From NCBI RefSeq assembly GCF_026571515.1, contig NW_026864100.1, positions 124,001-188,000 on the forward strand: DNA of 64,000 nucleotides. The letters are read 5' to 3'. Made by a program: the position numbers and the translations under genes. Below, piece by piece: positions 42,301 to 55,382 of this stretch; within the stretch, counting starts at the first letter, position 1; each line of letters opens with the position of its first letter. The stretch is from Ruditapes philippinarum. Taxonomy: Eukaryota. The notes beneath the pieces are model-generated. The model was not told the DNA's origin and searched no databases. It saw only the letters and a list, made by a program, of their open reading frames with translations.

Positions 42301-45300
42301 TGACATTGGCCAAGTGGTTTAGGAGGAGATGTGGTTGAACCCATTACGCGATATACATGCCTTTTAACGCCCTTTTCACCCCCCCCCCCTTTTTGTTGTC
42401 TCAAATGGTGAAAAAATGCCTTATTTAGGCCCCCAACACTTGTCTTTGTTTGAGAAATGTTGTTAAAGAAAGTGGCCACTTTTTTGGCGCGGCCCCCCAA
42501 CCAAAAGATACATCAGGGGGTTGCCAGAAGAGGGAAGTGCCGCCTACTGTTTGGGGGGTTTGAAGGGGGGCGGAGCCCCCCTCATCGCCAAGAAAATTTT
42601 GGACTTGTGAGAGGCTAAATGACCCCAGATTGATCATAAGGTAACGTGTATCCAACGCTGAAAAGCATCTGACTCTATCTCAATCCATTGAGAAGTTGCA
42701 GCACTTTGAAATCAATTTTGATGGAAAAATTCAACGCAAAATAGTGAGTTTTGGCAATTTTGAGATGTCCCCTCGTTGCGATGGTAACAGAAAATTTAAG
42801 CCTGAGCATGTTGTTGCAAGGGCAATGGTCCAGTCAACATTTGTGCCAAGTTTGATTAGTGTTGAAGCAGTTTTTATAGTATTATAGCAATTTGAACATG
42901 TAAAGGGAGACTTTTCAATGAAAACAGCCATTTTTCACAAAATGCTCATGAAGTAATGGGTTAAAGAAAAAGTTTACAGACGGACGACGTACGGACGCCC
43001 GACAACAAGCAATCACAAAAGCTCACCATCAGGTGAGCTAAAAACCATGTTTGTTCTGTTTACAGTTAGATGGGCCTCTAACCCTATTCTGTAGTGCAGA
43101 TGGATGGATAGATGGACAGTTCAGTTACATGTACTATTGATATAAAAAGAATAATTATTAAGGAAAATTCTAAATTCAAGGAGATATAATTCTGAAAATA
43201 TTGCTCCTAGAGTTATGAACCTTGTCACATAAGATGTAGTTCATGATATATTTGAAGTTTAAAGTTGATACCTTAAGAAATGAAAAAGTTGTAATAAAAG
43301 TATTTCACTGCACCAAAACTTTAATCTCAAACCTGGATGCGGACGCTTTGGGCAAGGACAGCTCTCCATAAATTTTGTATAGTCAAGCTAAAAATCATAC
43401 TCATTTCCCATATCTTACCAAATGAAGTATCTCCACATTTGCCAGAATAAGAGTGATCCACATCACAACATTTTACATACTGTATTCCTGGGTATGAATC
43501 AATCATATATGTCTTCTCATCAACAAGGGGCATCAGTAAATGTTCCGCATATCGCCTGGCAACGGTAGCTTCACATCCTTCCTCTCCTCTTTCTGCCAGT
43601 ACAGAATGATCTACAAATATTAAAATATAAAAACTTAAAAACTAAAACTTTCAAAGAACACCCCAAAATGACAAAGCTGAAAAAATGTTGCAGAAAAATA
43701 GCTGCATTATACAAAAATTGTAGCATGTACGGAATATACAGGGAATATATTATACATTGGGTAACTGACAATGGTTATCGAGTCACAATTTTCATTCTAT
43801 ACAGTAATTTGGATTGAAGACACCACTCTTATTCACCTTATTAAAAACTAAAACCAACATTTTGTACAAGAACTAGTCTTAATATTTTGCTTATATTAGT
43901 ATGGTTTAGTGTCTTACATGTGACCAAGTTTAAACAATATTTCATAAGGTTTTAAAAGTCTTTTTTTACCTACAATTCAATTATGATATTTAAGTGAGTT
44001 TTCAAAATACAACATGTAGTAGAAAACAATTTTATGGTCAAGTCATGCGACTAGTATGTAATAACATGTAAAAATATTTTGACGTTCAGTTGCAGAATAA
44101 ATTTAACCATGATGCAACAAGTGTGAATCAAGAAGATGAGCTACTCACATAACCTTAAGCATTTGTACTTGTGATTTCTCTGTTCCAGTCATTGAGAATA
44201 ATTATTTATAAAATGATAACTAAAAACAATGTACAAATACAATTTATTGTTCCAATAGGGTAATGAAATTAAATTAGTGTCACAGATTTTTTTCTATGCT
44301 CAGTTCTGTGGCACACAGTGCAAAGTGAATTTCAAAAGAATGGCATTTGAGTCCTAATCAGGCTGCACAATTTTCCTCACACTGACATTTGGTGCCAAAT
44401 TGGGGATCTTGATGGTACATATCAGAGCCAAAGTAACATTGTTCTTAGGATATCTCTTTTGTGTGGATTTTATTATTGTACAGCAACTTACCATGCAATA
44501 ATAATCTGGGCATTTTCACCCTACACCAGTGGTAAAAATAAGACCCCATTTAACATAAACTCTCTTTTCCCCAATTCCAAATAAAATATTCACAACTGCT
44601 GCTAAATAAATCAAAATTTTTGAAAATTTGAGAAGGATTGAACTGTTTAGATTTTTTTTTCAAAGACATGACATGTTATATTATCACAATAAATGAATAA
44701 ACTTGAAAGCCATCCATAAAAACCTTGGTTGTATATCAAGATTTAAGAATTTTTTAAAATCTACAAAAATGCTGCCTAATTTTTCCAAATTAAAACCAAT
44801 TGCTTTTTTGGCTACTTTGTGAAAAGGCCAATTATTATTATAGTAATTCTAATATTAGACAAAATTAATAAACTCAAATTATCATATAAATGAAGTTATA
44901 AATTATATAAAGCATTGATGTCTATGTATCTCAGTTGGGTGTCAAGTTTAGTTTTTTACTAGTTACCCACTTATAACATTTCTTATCTTAATTCTTACTA
45001 ACAGGTGAACTTTTTTTACAATATATCTGGGGTGACAAAATCATAATTTTTCATATTGCCAAGGTTGTCCCATAAAAGCAAAACATTCCAGTAAATTTAA
45101 ATGATTAAATTTAGAATTATTTTCAATATAAAGCGTGTTTGGTTTAAACATATTTATTTAAGCTCGATTGCAAAACAAGTTCTTGCAACTTATATTAATC
45201 ACTTTCGAGTCTGCTTCCTGGAACCAACCAGTACTGGTGTCGTGACCAGCGTAGGGCTCGAACCCATGATCTAGTAGGTTGAGTCTCAGGCAGACACCTT

Positions 45301-46375
45301 AATTATAACCACTAGGTCACTGCTCCCCAGTCCCCTTAAAATAAAGCATGTAAACATAATACAGGGAAGTCAAAGACTTTGGCTTGCCCAGCTATAGACT
45401 ACATGTGTATATTTTAAAAAAAATCAAATAAAAAAACAATTAAAAAAAATATAGAATTCTATACCTATCAATGAAATTTTGAGTGTCAGTTCTAGTTAGG
45501 CGCCGCCATTTACAAAGTAACTCAATGATAAAAGGCGGTGTATTCCAATAATGGAAGAAATCTCAACTTTTCAGATTAATAAAAATTGTCGAGTGTTCCG
45601 AGTGAAAACGGAAGCGGGTACATTTAATACCAAATGACACCTTTAAAATGGAAAAATGAAAGGATTTTTACGGACTTCCCCGTTCATAGGCTTTGCCTAA
45701 TTTCATATTAGTGAATGAATTAACCTGTGAAGGCATCGCCACATCTCACGGTGATAGATCACAGTATATAGGTACTTTTGGCATGGTTTTGCTGTTTGCA
45801 GGGAAAATTCCTAACATAATACTGAGACTGAGTTTGAGGCAACCACGTGAAAAATGTGGGTTTCATAAGTCCAAATATGACAAGTTGAACAAACTGAATA
45901 ACTTCAATAAGGGACAAGTTGACTGAACTCAAAATACCATAAATGGTGTCTGACTTTTATGGGAAAACTAACAAAAATAGACAAGTTGAACAGTACCACT
46001 ACTAGACAGAAATTGCAGCAATCTTTGTAAAGCTCTCCGTTGAAATTTATCAGCTGGTACTCTTGGTGTACTTGCCCTATCAGCCAAAAAGTCTTGAAGA
46101 ATTTTGTAGCCAGTCAAAAAGAAACAACCAATTGGAGCCATATATTTGCTTTCTTTAGTTTCTATGCCCATCGTTTCAACCTTGCAAGTTGCATTATTGA
46201 AAGCAACATCAGTTCTTGCATCGACTGCTACCACCCTAAGACATCTTAAAAACATATAGTCATTTCCACTGGCAAACGCTTGCAAAGCATTTTCTATGCG
46301 AATTTTCAATTTTTCGTTTCCTTCTTCTTCCAGAAAATCTTTAAAATATTCTGTTTTGTTTTCTTCAGCATCCAT
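36305..46375 (-). CDS. Uncharacterised 398-aa protein, 3 exons, possible PD-(D/E)XK-like C-terminal domain
   Basis: Exons 46375-45997, 43610-43419 and 36930-36305; both introns GT-AG, phase 1; total 1197 nt open. Junction reads GDTSFG|LEDGWHGNVDLLI...SQMVVKTFVFSYLQ...LIPSIGI...MYDCENDVLL. Confidence 0.8.
36958..37199. mobile_element. TTAA-specific MITE (piggyBac-like)
   Basis: ttaa|cctttaacttcat ... atgcagtaaaagg|ttaa; 3' half homologous to 42790-42960. Confidence 0.65.
37506..37730 (-). mobile_element. 5'-truncated SINE (V-SINE-like)
   Basis: T-run tail followed by ggtggaggaagaccc...ggtagaaccaccgaccttccg, resembling common mollusc SINE bodies. Confidence 0.5.
38666..39089. mobile_element. 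TIR-bounded MITE
   Basis: tagatctgatcatgaccaaata / tatttggtcatcatcagatcta inverted repeat (21/22). Confidence 0.7.
39414..41004 (-). mobile_element. Full HINE/pearl-like element with about 8 x 166-bp satellite units (BIV160-like)
   Basis: aacaagagggccatgatggccct hairpin, gctcacctg subterminal IR, tandem units, (GACG)n, agctcacc...ggtgagct-aaaaa end. Confidence 0.88.
42023..43044 (-). mobile_element. Second HINE of the same family, single repeat unit, interrupted by a MITE
   Basis: Same terminal modules as 39414-41004. Confidence 0.8.
42340..42960. mobile_element. piggyBac-like non-autonomous element
   Basis: cccattac...gtaatggg TIRs followed by ttaa (left flank ttgaa); splits the HINE. Confidence 0.75.
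45136..45328 (-). mobile_element. tRNA-derived SINE
   Basis: Minus strand ggggagcagtgacctagtggtta...gggttcgagccc; homologous to 55190-55382. Confidence 0.8.
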
Positions 46376-46893
46376 TGTCGCGAAAATATATGATAGTCCG
46401 AAAATGACTTACTAATCAACAGTTTCCGGTGTCCGGATTTCGACGGTCTCCGGTATTAAAACAATTTTTTTTAGTGAAGTTATATATATAATTTTAAATT
46501 GAATGTAGGGGTAAATGAGAAAAATGTAATTGACGAATGTTTTAAGTCATGAAGTCCTGTGTTTGTGATGTTTTAACAGATTAAAGGTTATTGATAAAAT
46601 AGTTCCATCCAATGAGCATTGGAAAATAAATCTGAATAAATATATAATTCTTAGTAAATTAAATGACACTAAATCATACACATGTAATTTCAATATTAAC
46701 ATTAATTTTCATGAAACTGCACCTATTTAATTTGTTAGTTTTGTGACATCATATAACAATATCATATCTGGCAGAAACACCAAAATTAAGTTCAGAGTTT
46801 AATTTAGATTAAAATTCGATTTTTTAGATCAGTTTACTACGTGAAAGGCAATTGACCAGTACAAAATTAGGGCATCTGAAAAGAAATTATTAA

Positions 46894-47237
46894 AGGAACT
46901 CCATTGAGGTCCAATAGCCTAAAATAATAAATTTTGAAATTCTTTCTAAAATCAACAGGTACATTAAAATTTGAAACCAAGCAAGAGATGATACATACAT
47001 ATACACGGCATTAAATTTTTATGCGATTTTTGACCGATTTGAGTGAAAGGCGTTTAAACGGTTTTCATTTATTGGGCCAATTTGCACAATAAAATTGATT
47101 ATTTCTTGAAAACGGAGTGAGCGAATGATCTGAAATTTTGTACATGAGTTATTGGTCTAAACATACATCTAGTTATACAAAAATCTTGGAAAAATATTTC
47201 CAGTCCCTTTTCTTCAAAAAACCTCAGTGGAGTCCCT
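46894..47237. mobile_element. Kolobok-like non-autonomous element
   Basis: TTAA TSD on both sides; TIRs aggaactccattgagg / rc agggactccactgagg. Confidence 0.75.
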
Positions 47238-50200
47238 TTAAACAGGAGTCATTCAAATCCCGGAGAGAGAAAAAAAAAAGAGAATAACGTGAACAATATA
47301 TGGAGACAATTTATTTTAAATTTATTTGCAAATGGTCTACAGTACAGTATGACACAAAATTCATTTACATTACCATATTACAGGCATAGTTTTAAGATAC
47401 GGCGAATTCTGAGTAAGTTATTCAGCAGCATATTTATAGAAACGTAATGCATGTATAATCTATCAAAATTCTATTCAGATATATAAAAATGTTTCATTTT
47501 GAATTTTCTTTTAAAAGAACATCTTATTCAATGTTTATTTAATTTATTGCATTTCAATTGAAGCTTTAATGAGGACAGTCAGTCCAAGAAAATGTACAAC
47601 ATTGATTTTAAAAATCCAATTCAAAGTTTATTTAATTATTAGGAGAGTTTAAGGAAACAACGTCCTGCATTTTAATGTTTCTTGGGGGAAAATCTTTTCC
47701 TCCTTTTTAAATTGATTTGATTCAAAACAACATTTCTTTCGCAAAGGTTTACTAGGCCACTCTTCTTGAAATAAACTTTATTTGGACAAGTAAACTTTTT
47801 TTGCATGCCACTCCTATATAATGTGATAACATGAACTTTCTCCATATTAAAACATATATTTCATATTTAGTACTTATATAACAATTAATTTAAGGCATGT
47901 TTCTAAATGAGAGCAACGGTTAATTGTGAATGGAATTTGAAATGACTGTCTCCCCATGCGGCGGGGATGAGAGCGAAGATAATGGCAGTAAATAAGTTCT
48001 ACTAAGAAGCTATTGACATATAAGTGATTGTTTAAAATCTAAACTATATATGGTCTTATATATTCATCTTTTTGTACTTATTTTAAAGAGATATGCAGAG
48101 TTCAAACAAATTAAGATGTTCATTTATCTTTTATTTTCATTTATCTTTTATTTTATCATAGAAAGTAAAGCAACTGTAACATTTTTGTGCTCTTCATCAT
48201 TAAAATATAATAAATCATATATAGCTTATGTTAACATTCGACCACCTTTTAATTCTTGAAAACTGATGGTTATTATCTACATAGTATTGCATAAAAAACA
48301 ATGCAAGCTTGTTACGGAGGTGAAGATACAGTCACGTGAGCATGCAATATTTATGCATGTTTTTAACATGGATGACTCAAGGTGCCATATAGGAATACAT
48401 TGTGCGGTCTAATTTAAAATAATATCGTACTGCATGTAGCACATGAAAAGCATTGCAAAACGGTTTCTTTGTACGAAAGAAAAATTAACGGAACTCGCAT
48501 GATCGAAACAGACGTATACTTTTCATACAAGAGTAGCGCTAACGCACCTTTTACGTGCATCAATATCTGCAAAAGCCCTTGTACTTATTAAATCCCTTGT
48601 CCTACGTCTGTTTCGATCAATCATTCGAATTATGTGCCAATGCTTCAGCAGATGTTAAGGCGCAAAAAGTGCATATTCCAATATAATGAAAAAATTAGGG
48701 CCTCAGTAATTATAAATTTTACAACTGTAATAATGATGCACTTGGATGCATCGGTCAACTGTCACTCCTGTTTTTTTTTCTATAAGAAATTTTCTTTTGG
48801 CTCTTAAAGAATTAGTGGACATACAAATATCGAATATTTTCACCTAAGCATATTTGTTACAAATTACAGAAGTAATTAAGAATAATATTTCTTAATTCTT
48901 GGCCCCAAAGTCCGTCCCTAAAGGGGGTTAAACCCTTTTTATTTTTTAACAAAATTTTTATCTTTTTTTGACATTTAAATTTGAACCCCATCAATTTCTC
49001 ATAGAGATATTCCTTCAAAGGGGTTAGCAAAAATATTTGATTTTTTACCAAAAAAAAACCCAAAAATTATACAACACCCCCTGTTCCCGTGGACCCCAAC
49101 AAATTAAATGTTTATTTTCACATTTTTTATTTTAACCAATTAACTTTAAAGTTTTTTTTTTAAAAAAAGGGGTTTTTTCCCCTGACCCTGGGTTGGGTTT
49201 AAAAAAATTCTTTGAAATGAAAACCTTGTATTTTATTTTTAAGTCCCCAACGCCAGCCTTTTTTATTTTTTCCCCCGAGTTAAAAAAAACAAACAACAAC
49301 AGAAAACAACTTCAAAGCCATATTGTACTTTTAGTCTCGTTTCATTTTTCATGTCCAACATTTCTACACCAAATTCTTAATTTTATTGTAATCGAAAAAT
49401 CAAAGTTCTGTCAAAATGATTGGTAATGTAAAATAAAGAGATCGTTATGCAGTGTTGAGTACAAGACTGATAATTAAATATAAAATGTAAGTAAAATAAC
49501 GTACAGCTGTATATTCGTTCAATAAAATTCGGTATCGTACGTAACTTCTTAATTCCACACCACCATTTTTAAAAATAGAGTATTAATTGAAAACGGACAC
49601 AGTGTTGAATACTCCTACATACCAGTCAACTTCAAATAGTGTTTTTCCAGGTTTTGTACATGACAAACAAATATCCTACCAACCATATATCAAAGGGAGA
49701 GGACATTTATAAGCTTTATAGCTTTCTGCCCAATCCCAAAATGTACTTTGTAAAAATTGTTCACTTGTTAAATGTTTTGTTGAATAAATATGTTTAAACC
49801 AAAGATTAGATTTGCTTTGACAAAATTATTTTTGTATAATATAATAAATAAATAAAACCCTTGTGTTGCTGATACCAATGATAAGATAACTGTAAGCGCA
49901 ATTAGCAGAGTTTAGTATCAGGTATATCTTATTATTTTTTTTACTTTTATAATAATTGAATATGATACGACATTTACACCATAGAGAAAATAATATAATG
50001 AATGTTGAAAATTATAATTAGAGGGAGAAAACTGTATTTTCCACAATGTGAATTACATTGTAGGTTTATAAGATTTATAAACACCATTTATCCCAAGAAC
50101 ATCTGCGTCCTTAGTCTGTTGTCAAAAAGTGCAAATCCTTTGTACATGTATCTGAAAATCAGAATAAGAAAACAGATGATGTACATTAAATTTGTTTGTA

Positions 50201-52753
50201 ATTTTACTGGGGCGTTATTCCAAGTAATAATCACACGGGCGTAAACAGGTTCACGGTTTATATAGGACGTGCTTTTTAAAACTTGGCCTGTGACTGTTTA
50301 CAAACAAAACGCTATGAAAATTGGTATAAATCTTTAGCATAGAACAATTATTTCGGTTTATGTATTTGATTATTCTAACAATATTTTTACTGCAGAATGT
50401 ATTCGTGAAATTGAGCAAAATCGCCAAATTCTGCATCTATTGTTGGGCATTATAATTATAAGGCCTATACCTGTTTGTTAACGAAAATCACAGAGCGGCA
50501 GATTGTAGAAAAATATATATTTAAATACAATATCACTCGGCACAAATATCCTCGGTCTATGTATACTTTAGAGAAACGTATGTTTTATTTCATTTTGAAA
50601 CAAACGTTGTTCATTATTCAATTTTTCAGAATAAAAGCTTATTAATCAACTCATAAAATGATCGTAAAATGTTTGAACTGTCTAAGAGGTTTTTTATTGC
50701 TCCAGGTACATGCATATCTAGTCATTACGTCATTAAAGTACGTGCCGGGTGGTTTGACATTAGTGTCACAACATTTCAATTGCATTTCTTTCATAATGTA
50801 GTAAATATAATGAAACATCTGCCGTCTAATACTTATCGTATTGTTTTCTTACTTCCCAGTCCAATTATGATCAGCTGTAATATAGATTTAACATCTGCGC
50901 GATATGTTTTTTTTTATTCTGTGGAACGTAACTAGTACAATGTGTATTGATTTCGTCTGTTGTTAGACAATCCTGAAAATCATTGTCTTATTTTGTAATG
51001 TTGACAAGATTTATTGATTAAGATCAGATCCTATAAATTAATTATGATATCTAGAAATCAAATACACATAAGTGATAATGTTTACCAGAATTATTATCTA
51101 AGACATAAGATGATTCCTTTGTAAACAAACAACGATGTTGTAGGCGGCATTTTCATGTTAAACAAAATATCTCAGAAAAAATGTGTACATTGTGACCCAG
51201 GTGAACGAATGTATCCCCAAGTGGCATGAGTAACTTTATGAATAAAAAATTACAGAATATTTATAGACAACTTGTAACAGCATTTATTACAGTTCTTTTC
51301 CAATTTCATTGGATAGGTTCAAATGTCATATATGGAGATTAAGGATACCATTTGACACTTCCCGGTACTGTTTTTCGTCGTAGAAACACATCTGGGGAAG
51401 ATTCAAAATCTGACCATTTCCATGTTTAAATGTTGAATTCTGCTTAAGCCGGTGCTAGGGGGCGTGGACATAGATTGCACTTTCCAGTACCGTCCATGAA
51501 TAAGCTTCAAATCAAGCCTGCAAATTTTACCGTTTTGGACCTTCGTTAGAGATTCCACTTTACTCAATTTTAACTATCCTTTTACATTCTCTTAAAATCT
51601 AAGCTGATTTGATTGTCAGAAAAATATTAAAATAACCGAAAACAAGTGAAATAAATAATATAATGAAATTCTATAGAAAGATATAATGTATTATGTAATT
51701 CAAGAAAACATATACAACAGGGAAATAGCAATTCCTAAAAACGAGGAAATAATGTGTCTGGCAATATACACACAGTGCAAGGAAAACGAGATTTAGATTT
51801 GAAAGGGATCAAATTTTGATTATCTTTCTCATTAAATAACATATATTTAGAGACATTGCAATATTTATTATAAAAAAGGAGATTGAAAAACTTAGAGGAT
51901 CAGACACAGATTATAAAGTATCTATATTTGGGTTCATCAAAATAACTAATTGCAGCATAGATACACAAAATAGTGTGGTTAAAGTAACAGGAAAACAAAC
52001 GATAAAAAGTTAAATACAAAATCAAATCTTTGGAGAATATTAAATGTATTCATTGAATCAGTTGTACGTAAGAGAAATAAATAAATAAATACATATACAT
52101 TGTATTTTGGCCGGATATGAAGATGTTCCGGTGAATGTTCGGCTAAAGCATGTACTAAATATAGATTATATTTTATTTAATGATGTCAGATCTTTAAAAG
52201 ATCAGCATTAATGTACGTGCATAATAATTATTATTTGTATGTTTGTTTTGTTTTAGTCTAGTCAAATATCATTCGAATATATGATGAATTGTGTTACATA
52301 CATTGAGTATCTAAACTATCTAAAGGGATAGATTTTAGGTGGCTCTGTTAAAATTGGCTTAAATTAAGTCACGTGGACAGTGATGGCAAACTAAATAAAA
52401 AAGTTTCGATTGTTTTCAGCACTACTCAAGGGATTTTATTATTAAAACAATTACATTTTTGAGGTTTTTAAATCTAAAATTAGATTTTGCCAAAACCTGA
52501 ATATCCGTCCGGTTAGAAATGAAACCCTTCCTCCTTTTCCTCCCATCCCGCCTCTATCCTACCCCAGATGCCGAAAGATAACCATGCCGAAAAAAATCTT
52601 CATTTAAACTTCAAGTTTCTAGTTTTCATATTTTCGAGAAAAATCAAAAGGGGATAGATATATTCCTTCAAGGTAATACATTCAATAGCTTAGATATAGT
52701 AATTGTTTTTAAAAATCGTTATTATTTTCATTGCCTTCATATCAAATGAATAT

Positions 52754-52975
52754 GAGCCCGCGTCCCAACGACAAAAACCAACATAATTTGCCGTTTGCGA
52801 CCAGCATCCGCCGCAGTCTGATCAGGATCCATGCTGTTCGCTATCAGTTTCTCTACTTGTGATAGGGCTTTTAAGCGAACAGCATGGATCCTGATCAGAT
52901 TGCACGGATGCGCAGGCTGGTCTGGATCCATGCTGGTCGCAAACCCATTATGTTTGTTTTGTCATGACGCGGCTC
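52754..52975. mobile_element. Palindromic Sola-like MITE, copy 4 (spacer reversed, internal deletion)
   Basis: Same TIR sequence as copies 1-3. Confidence 0.85.
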
Positions 52976-54266
52976 AATTATGTTTTCTAAATCATAAATG
53001 GTGTGTCATATGTTCTAACTATAAAAAGTTTGAATTACACCCAGTAATTTTCGTATGGATAAGAATGCAGGGATGCTGGTAAAGATCATGATAATTACAA
53101 CAGTCATTTGAAACCATGCCTAACCTTCCACACAATACCGGGTCCTGGTTATAGCTTACAAGTCCTGCTGTGACAATCAGTTTGCAAAATCTCATCAAAC
53201 CGATTCCTGCAATGTGTGTGAGGCTACAGACGTACTAGGATTTTGCGCAAATGTAAACAACTACTTTATCCTGACACTTTGGTGGAGGTATGAACGTTTG
53301 CCACAATCTTCATTTGTGATACATTGCTGCTACATTGACATGCAAGCCTTCAAAAAATTATATTCAAGTTTAAAATCCCCAACCCCAAATCCAAAGTAAG
53401 GGCTTAAAACCATCAATCCTGGGCGGGGACATTTTTCCCCACAAAAGCGGCCCACGGGGTTGTTTTTAGTCCCTCGGTGAAAATTATTTGGGTTTTTGGG
53501 CAAAATTTATGTTTCCTGAAATGTTTTGTTGGGGTAAATTTACTAGGTTTTTTGCGAAATTTTAAAACCAAAATTAACTTTTTCCTAATTTTTTTGGGGG
53601 AGTGCAAATGTTTTAAGGGGGGTTAAAATTTGCAAAAACCCCCAAAATTTGTTTAAATACGGTTTTTTCCAACCAAATCGAGGTAAAAACAATTGACATG
53701 GAAATAATTTTTATAAAATTTTACCGGGACAGGGCGGTTAATTTGGGGAGCAAAGGGAAAGGGAAATTTCGGCGGAACCGAGTTTTAAATTTTGATTTTT
53801 GTTATCTGGGCAAAAAAGCCTTTAAAATTTCGTGATTTGTTCTCCAAAATTACTCAAGTATGGGCTTGAACCCAAAGCAAATCTTAAAAGCCCAAATTCG
53901 TCTATTTGGGGATTTTCATATTTTTAAAAATAATGGGGCTAAAAAATTTGACTTAAGTCTCTTTTCCAATTTTTTTGCCATAAATTCAAAACCGACTGGA
54001 CGCCCGTAGATGTCGCAACGCCTTCTAAATAAATAGCACAATGCCGCTAAATTGTCGAAAAAAATGCTTTCAAAAATTCACGTAATAGAATCGGGGTAAT
54101 AAAACTGAAAAGGCATAAATTTAAGGGGATATGATAATGGTAATGGTTTATGGGTATGGTATGGTATGGGTAATGGTTTGGTTTAATGGTTTAAGGTATA
54201 ATATAAAAATATTTAAAAAATAATAATTTAATATAATAAAAATATAAATAAAATAAAATATAATAT

Positions 54267-54444
54267 GACCCCGGTCATGAAAAACCCAAACATAAGGGGG
54301 GGTTTGCGACCCCCCTGATAAAAATTCGAATTTGATAACCCCAAAAAGCATGGACCCCTGATTAGACTCGCGGATCCCGCGGGCCCTGGTTGAACCCCTT
54401 TGCGGTCGAAAACGACTATGTTGGTTTTGTCGTGACGCGGGCTC
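54267..54444. mobile_element. Palindromic Sola-like MITE, copy 5 (garbled)
   Basis: Recognisable ends, atat/atat flanks, homopolymer-type distortions. Confidence 0.6.
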
Positions 54445-55189
54445 ATATGAAATAATTTTAAATATCATATCAAAAATCATACATCATTAATTAATGATAA
54501 TTTACAGAAACTGTAAATACATGATTTTTTTTTTTTTTAAAGGAAAAATAATAAAAAAGGTTTGGTGAAACTTCTGGAAAGGATTCACCCGATTCTACCC
54601 TGTTTATATTTTAAAAAGTAAAAATTTTAAGCCAAAGCATTTTAAAAAATTATTCACCCCCTTTAAATTTCTAAAACTGATATATATTGCAAGTAAAGTG
54701 GTTCTTGATTATAAAGCGTTTTCTCAGTCTTGAATTCATTTTACTGGTTCAACCTGATAATTCGTTTATAAAATTCAAATCCATGAAGAAAAACAAACCC
54801 GACAATCACAAGCACAGGAAATGAAAAGAAGCAAGGGGCATTTCAACAGGAAAATATTCTTTTTATCGTCAATCGTGTTTGAAATCCGGCGGGAGGTTTT
54901 TTCTAAATAATTTGTTGTTGATTTCCGCAGCAAGGATTGCAAACCAAAAAAGGTTAACACGCCTTATCTCCATTAACAATATTAGAAAAGTGCTTTTCCT
55001 TGTATTTTGGGAACCTTTTAATCAGTTTTCTGGCTGCTTTTCGGAAGAATTTGAACAATAAATGAGGACTCTGACTGGTAGCAATTATGAGGACAGTATG
55101 TAAAAGTGCAAATTATGCTTTAGGTAAGAATAACACCATTTTAAAAAGTATCGTAACACATGGTGGGTCATCACGTATCACTTACTTGG

Positions 55190-55382
55190 ATTAAACATAT
55201 TTATTGAAACTCGATTACGAAACAAGTTCTTGCGACTTATATTAATAACTTTTAAGTCCATTTCCTGGAACCAATCAGTACTGATGACATATGAATAAAC
55301 ATGGCCGTGACCCGATTTGGACTCGAACCCATGATCACTGGGTTGAGAGGCAGTCACCATAACCACTAGGCCACCGCTCCCC
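55190..55382 (-). mobile_element. tRNA-derived SINE
   Basis: Minus strand ggggagcggtggcctagtggtta...gggttcgagtcc. Confidence 0.8.
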
